From assembly GCA_030141605.1 (NCBI GenBank), contig JAQGDQ010000002.1:2852001-2916000 (forward strand): a stretch of 64,000 bases of DNA, in the 5' to 3' direction. The position numbers and the translations under genes were made by a program. A model generated the notes under the pieces. It did not search any database, was not told the origin of the DNA, and saw only the letters and a list, made by a program, of their open reading frames with translations. Positions 61,301-64,000 of this stretch are shown here, in pieces. Every line of letters begins with the position of its first letter. Positions within the stretch are counted from its first letter, which is position 1. The DNA comes from Tubiluchus corallicola. Lineage: Eukaryota; Animalia; Priapulida.

Positions 61301-64000
61301 ATGTCACGCGTTTACGTGGAGAGTGAATTGCAGCAACTTACTGTACCTGTCTTAAAGCAGATAACTGTTGAACGTAGGCTAACTTTACCACTGGGTGCAA
61401 ATAAGGCCGGAATAATTGATATAATCATGAATGCACAAGGTAACCCTGTGACGACAGGTGAACCTAGTGTTAGACCGAAAGAAGTTGGAGGTGTGTCAAG
61501 CACACCGAGTGTGTCTGTTGCGCAGATGAGTGGACGCAGACGTGTGTCTGATCAACTGTTAGCAACTCCCCCTCCTGCCGACCTTACCTTGCATTCTGCT
61601 ATTAATGGTAAACCTGCGGATGATGAGATGACAGAACGTTCAGTACCTCTTTACAACATTGAAAAGTTAAAGTTAGTAGAGCGCGAGAAAGAGCGTGAAT
61701 GGGAACGGGAACAGAAACGTGAAGAAAGGCATGAACGTATGCAACGTGAAGAGAGAGAATGGGAACGTGAGCGTGAGGAACGCAGAGAACGAATGCAGAA
61801 AGAGCAGTATCAGTTTGAGTTGAAGCTTCGTGAGCTGGATGCCTCATCTCCAAGTCACGTGACACAGGTTCCTCCTCAATCACCTGATGGCATACTTACT
61901 ACAACCGCATCTCGAATACCCCGTGTAAAGTTATCACGTGTATTTACAGAGGAAACCGATGATCTGCATACTTTCTTACAGTGGTTTGAAGCAGTAGCCA
62001 AAGCTAATGGCCTTGAAGAGAAACACTTTGCTGCATCGCTGGGCCCAGCTTTATCTGGAAAAGCAGCCCAGGCTTTTCAACAAGTGCCACTTGACAGCAT
62101 GCAAGATTACAATGTTTTAAAGAAGACTTTGTTAGCTGCCTATGTCCTCTCCAATGACATGTATCTTGAGCGTTTCCGCAAGATTACTCGGACACCGGAT
62201 GAAACATTCCGTCAGCTTTTTGTACGGCTTGATCGTGCCCTGCAAGAATGGCTGAAAGCCGAAGAAGCGTCCACCTTTGAGAACGTTTCTGAACTGCTAT
62301 GTATTGAGCAGGCCCTTACATTGATGCCCCGTGAAATGAGCATTTGGGTCAGGCAGCAAGGGCAGAAGACAATGGAAAAGGTGGCAGAGAAAGCTGATTT
62401 GTACATTGCTTCTAATGCATTAGGTACGGCTTCAAAACTTAAACAAATGCAACAACAGCGTGGAAATTCTAGGCCGGCAGTTTTTTTAAATGGTTCTGGA
62501 AAAAAGATGAACAATGACGTCATGAAGAAGATACGCTGTTATGCTTGTGGAGAGCTTGGACACAAAAGGACCCAGTGCCCGAAACGCCCTAATTATGGTG
62601 AAACTAGTGGCAAGAGTAGAAATCCTAGTCGTCAATTCTTGGCCAAGACAGGAAATACTGGTCACCGATCCAGTCACTCTACCAGTTCACCTGCGGCTAT
62701 GCCTGAGTGTGTGCCTGAGTCTGATGAGTTTAGCTTTAAAGCTAAAATTAATGGTATCTGGATCGATGGTATAAGAGATTCTGGTGCTAGCGTGAGTTTG
62801 ATCCAACCACGTTATGTCCGTCCAGAACAGTTTCTACAAAGTGAAAATTGTACCAAAATTTGGTGTGTGCATGGTGATGCTAAAAATACACGTATAGCTG
62901 TTGTTGAGGTGGAATGTACGCTAGTCAATGGTAGATTGAGAGTGGCAGTGTCTGATAGTCTTCCTGTGCCCTTTTTGCTAGGTAATGATTACCGAACTGC
63001 TGTGACACCATTTAACATTAAAAAGAGTTTTAGTACACCACCTAAGTCAGTTGATTTAGAATGTATCCTACCTGAAAATTCAGATACGTCACATTGTTCT
63101 GATGAACTTGTGAGTGGAAATACAAAAGTCGCGAAACAAGCTGGTAATTCGAAAAAAGCTTTTGCAGTAACCCGATCAAAAGCAAAGCAGCTACAAGCAG
63201 AAGCTAACAGTGAGAAAAAATTACTAAGTAGTTTAAACGCTGACCAAAAAGCGGAAAAAAATGTTGCATCTGGCGTAGATACTAAAGCACAGCAACAGCA
63301 GCTGTCACAGCTTAGTAAAGAACAATTGCAGCAAGAACAGCGCGATGATGTTAGTTTGCGCAATTTACGTGATCACGCAGTCACAGAAACAGTAGCTCGT
63401 GCCCAAAGAAAGGGTTACTTCATTAAAGATGGGGTTTTATATTACCTGACACGTGAAAAGCGCGATGCTGAACCCCGCGAACTTTTGGTTGTACCCAAGT
63501 CTAGACGTTTGGCAGTCTTATCTTTGGCACATGATGCGCACATGGCTGGTCACCTGGGCATCCGTAAAACTACCCAACGTGTTTTACAAGAATGTATTTG
63601 GCCTAGAGTTAAACGTTCAGTGATACAATATTGCCGCTCGTGTGCCCCATGTCAGAAAACGGCGAGAATTAAACGTTCCGATAAAGCAAAATTAAAGCCA
63701 TTGTCCATACCTTCGATTGCATTTCGGACTATAGCCATGGATATTATTGGGCCTATGAAGAGAACACCCTCGGGGAATAAGTACGCGTTAGTAATAATAG
63801 ATCATGCTACGAGGTACCCCGATTGCTACCCGCTGCCAAATATTGAAACCACTACTGTTGTTAAAGCTTTATTGCAATACATATGTCGACACGGCATCCC
63901 GCGTGAGATTTTAACCGACAGAGGTACTCAATTCACATCACAGTTAATCCATGATTTAGAACAGGCCTTGGGTGTAAAGGGAATTTTCACTTCCCCATAT
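61301..64000 (+). CDS. Gag-Pol polyprotein, 900 open codons to the window edge
   Basis: Translated by hand with no stop, which explains its absence from the ORF track. Order: SAP-like N-terminus; E/R coiled coil; capsid/SCAN-like region (~62150-62403); CYACGELGHKRTQC knuckle (62537-62578); protease IRDSGAS..LLGND (~62770-62989); AVTRS linker; integrase H-H-C-C (AHDAHMAGHLG..CRSCAPCQ); core IAMDIIGP..ILTDRGTQF. Confidence 0.95.
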   Translation, partial: MSRVYVESELQQLTVPVLKQITVERRLTLPLGANKAGIIDIIMNAQGNPVTTGEPSVRPKEVGGVSSTPSVSVAQMSGRRRVSDQLLATPPPADLTLHSAINGKPADDEMTERSVPLYNIEKLKLVEREKEREWEREQKREERHERMQREEREWEREREERRERMQKEQYQFELKLRELDASSPSHVTQVPPQSPDGILTTTASRIPRVKLSRVFTEETDDLHTFLQWFEAVAKANGLEEKHFAASLGPALSGKAAQAFQQVPLDSMQDYNVLKKTLLAAYVLSNDMYLERFRKITRTPDETFRQLFVRLDRALQEWLKAEEASTFENVSELLCIEQALTLMPREMSIWVRQQGQKTMEKVAEKADLYIASNALGTASKLKQMQQQRGNSRPAVFLNGSGKKMNNDVMKKIRCYACGELGHKRTQCPKRPNYGETSGKSRNPSRQFLAKTGNTGHRSSHSTSSPAAMPECVPESDEFSFKAKINGIWIDGIRDSGASVSLIQPRYVRPEQFLQSENCTKIWCVHGDAKNTRIAVVEVECTLVNGRLRVAVSDSLPVPFLLGNDYRTAVTPFNIKKSFSTPPKSVDLECILPENSDTSHCSDELVSGNTKVAKQAGNSKKAFAVTRSKAKQLQAEANSEKKLLSSLNADQKAEKNVASGVDTKAQQQQLSQLSKEQLQQEQRDDVSLRNLRDHAVTETVARAQRKGYFIKDGVLYYLTREKRDAEPRELLVVPKSRRLAVLSLAHDAHMAGHLGIRKTTQRVLQECIWPRVKRSVIQYCRSCAPCQKTARIKRSDKAKLKPLSIPSIAFRTIAMDIIGPMKRTPSGNKYALVIIDHATRYPDCYPLPNIETTTVVKALLQYICRHGIPREILTDRGTQFTSQLIHDLEQALGVKGIFTSPY

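Larger units (their letters stand above)
59931..64000 (+). mobile_element. Gmr1-type Ty3/Gypsy LTR retrotransposon, apparently intact, in a TMTC2 intron and antisense to it; continues past the window
   Basis: LTR, PBS and a single uninterrupted gag-pol ORF in which integrase directly follows protease. Confidence 0.92.

Overview
AT-rich invertebrate animal genomic DNA; I cannot name the species from sequence alone. Five host genes are present: the 3' part of FANCM (+, 9 exons, running off the left edge); a complete CLPTM1 (-, 14 exons, 629 aa); a complete menin/MEN1 (+, 6 exons, 653 aa) head-to-head with CLPTM1, the ATGs about 250 bp apart; the 3' ten exons of TMTC2 (-); and an intronless GT31 beta-1,3-glycosyltransferase nested antisense in the last TMTC2 intron. 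All exon chains were built by hand from GT-AG junctions and stay in frame. Mobile DNA includes a young, internally deleted P-element (63-bp perfect TIRs, 8-bp TSD, intact THAP ORF, no catalytic domain, resembling a KP repressor) and an apparently intact Gmr1-type Gypsy element (LTR, tRNA-Leu PBS, 900 open codons: gag with a SCAN-like region, protease, then integrase) in a TMTC2 intron. There is also an older Gmr1-type relic, several decayed LINEs, hAT/Tc1/Helentron-type MITEs and three tRNA-like Pol III cassettes embedded inside repeats. I see no CRISPR or prokaryotic-type system and no clear-cut new system. The best leads are the KP-like P element, the tRNA-cored elements, the antisense splice-donor cluster in the LTR, and the nested glycosyltransferase pair.
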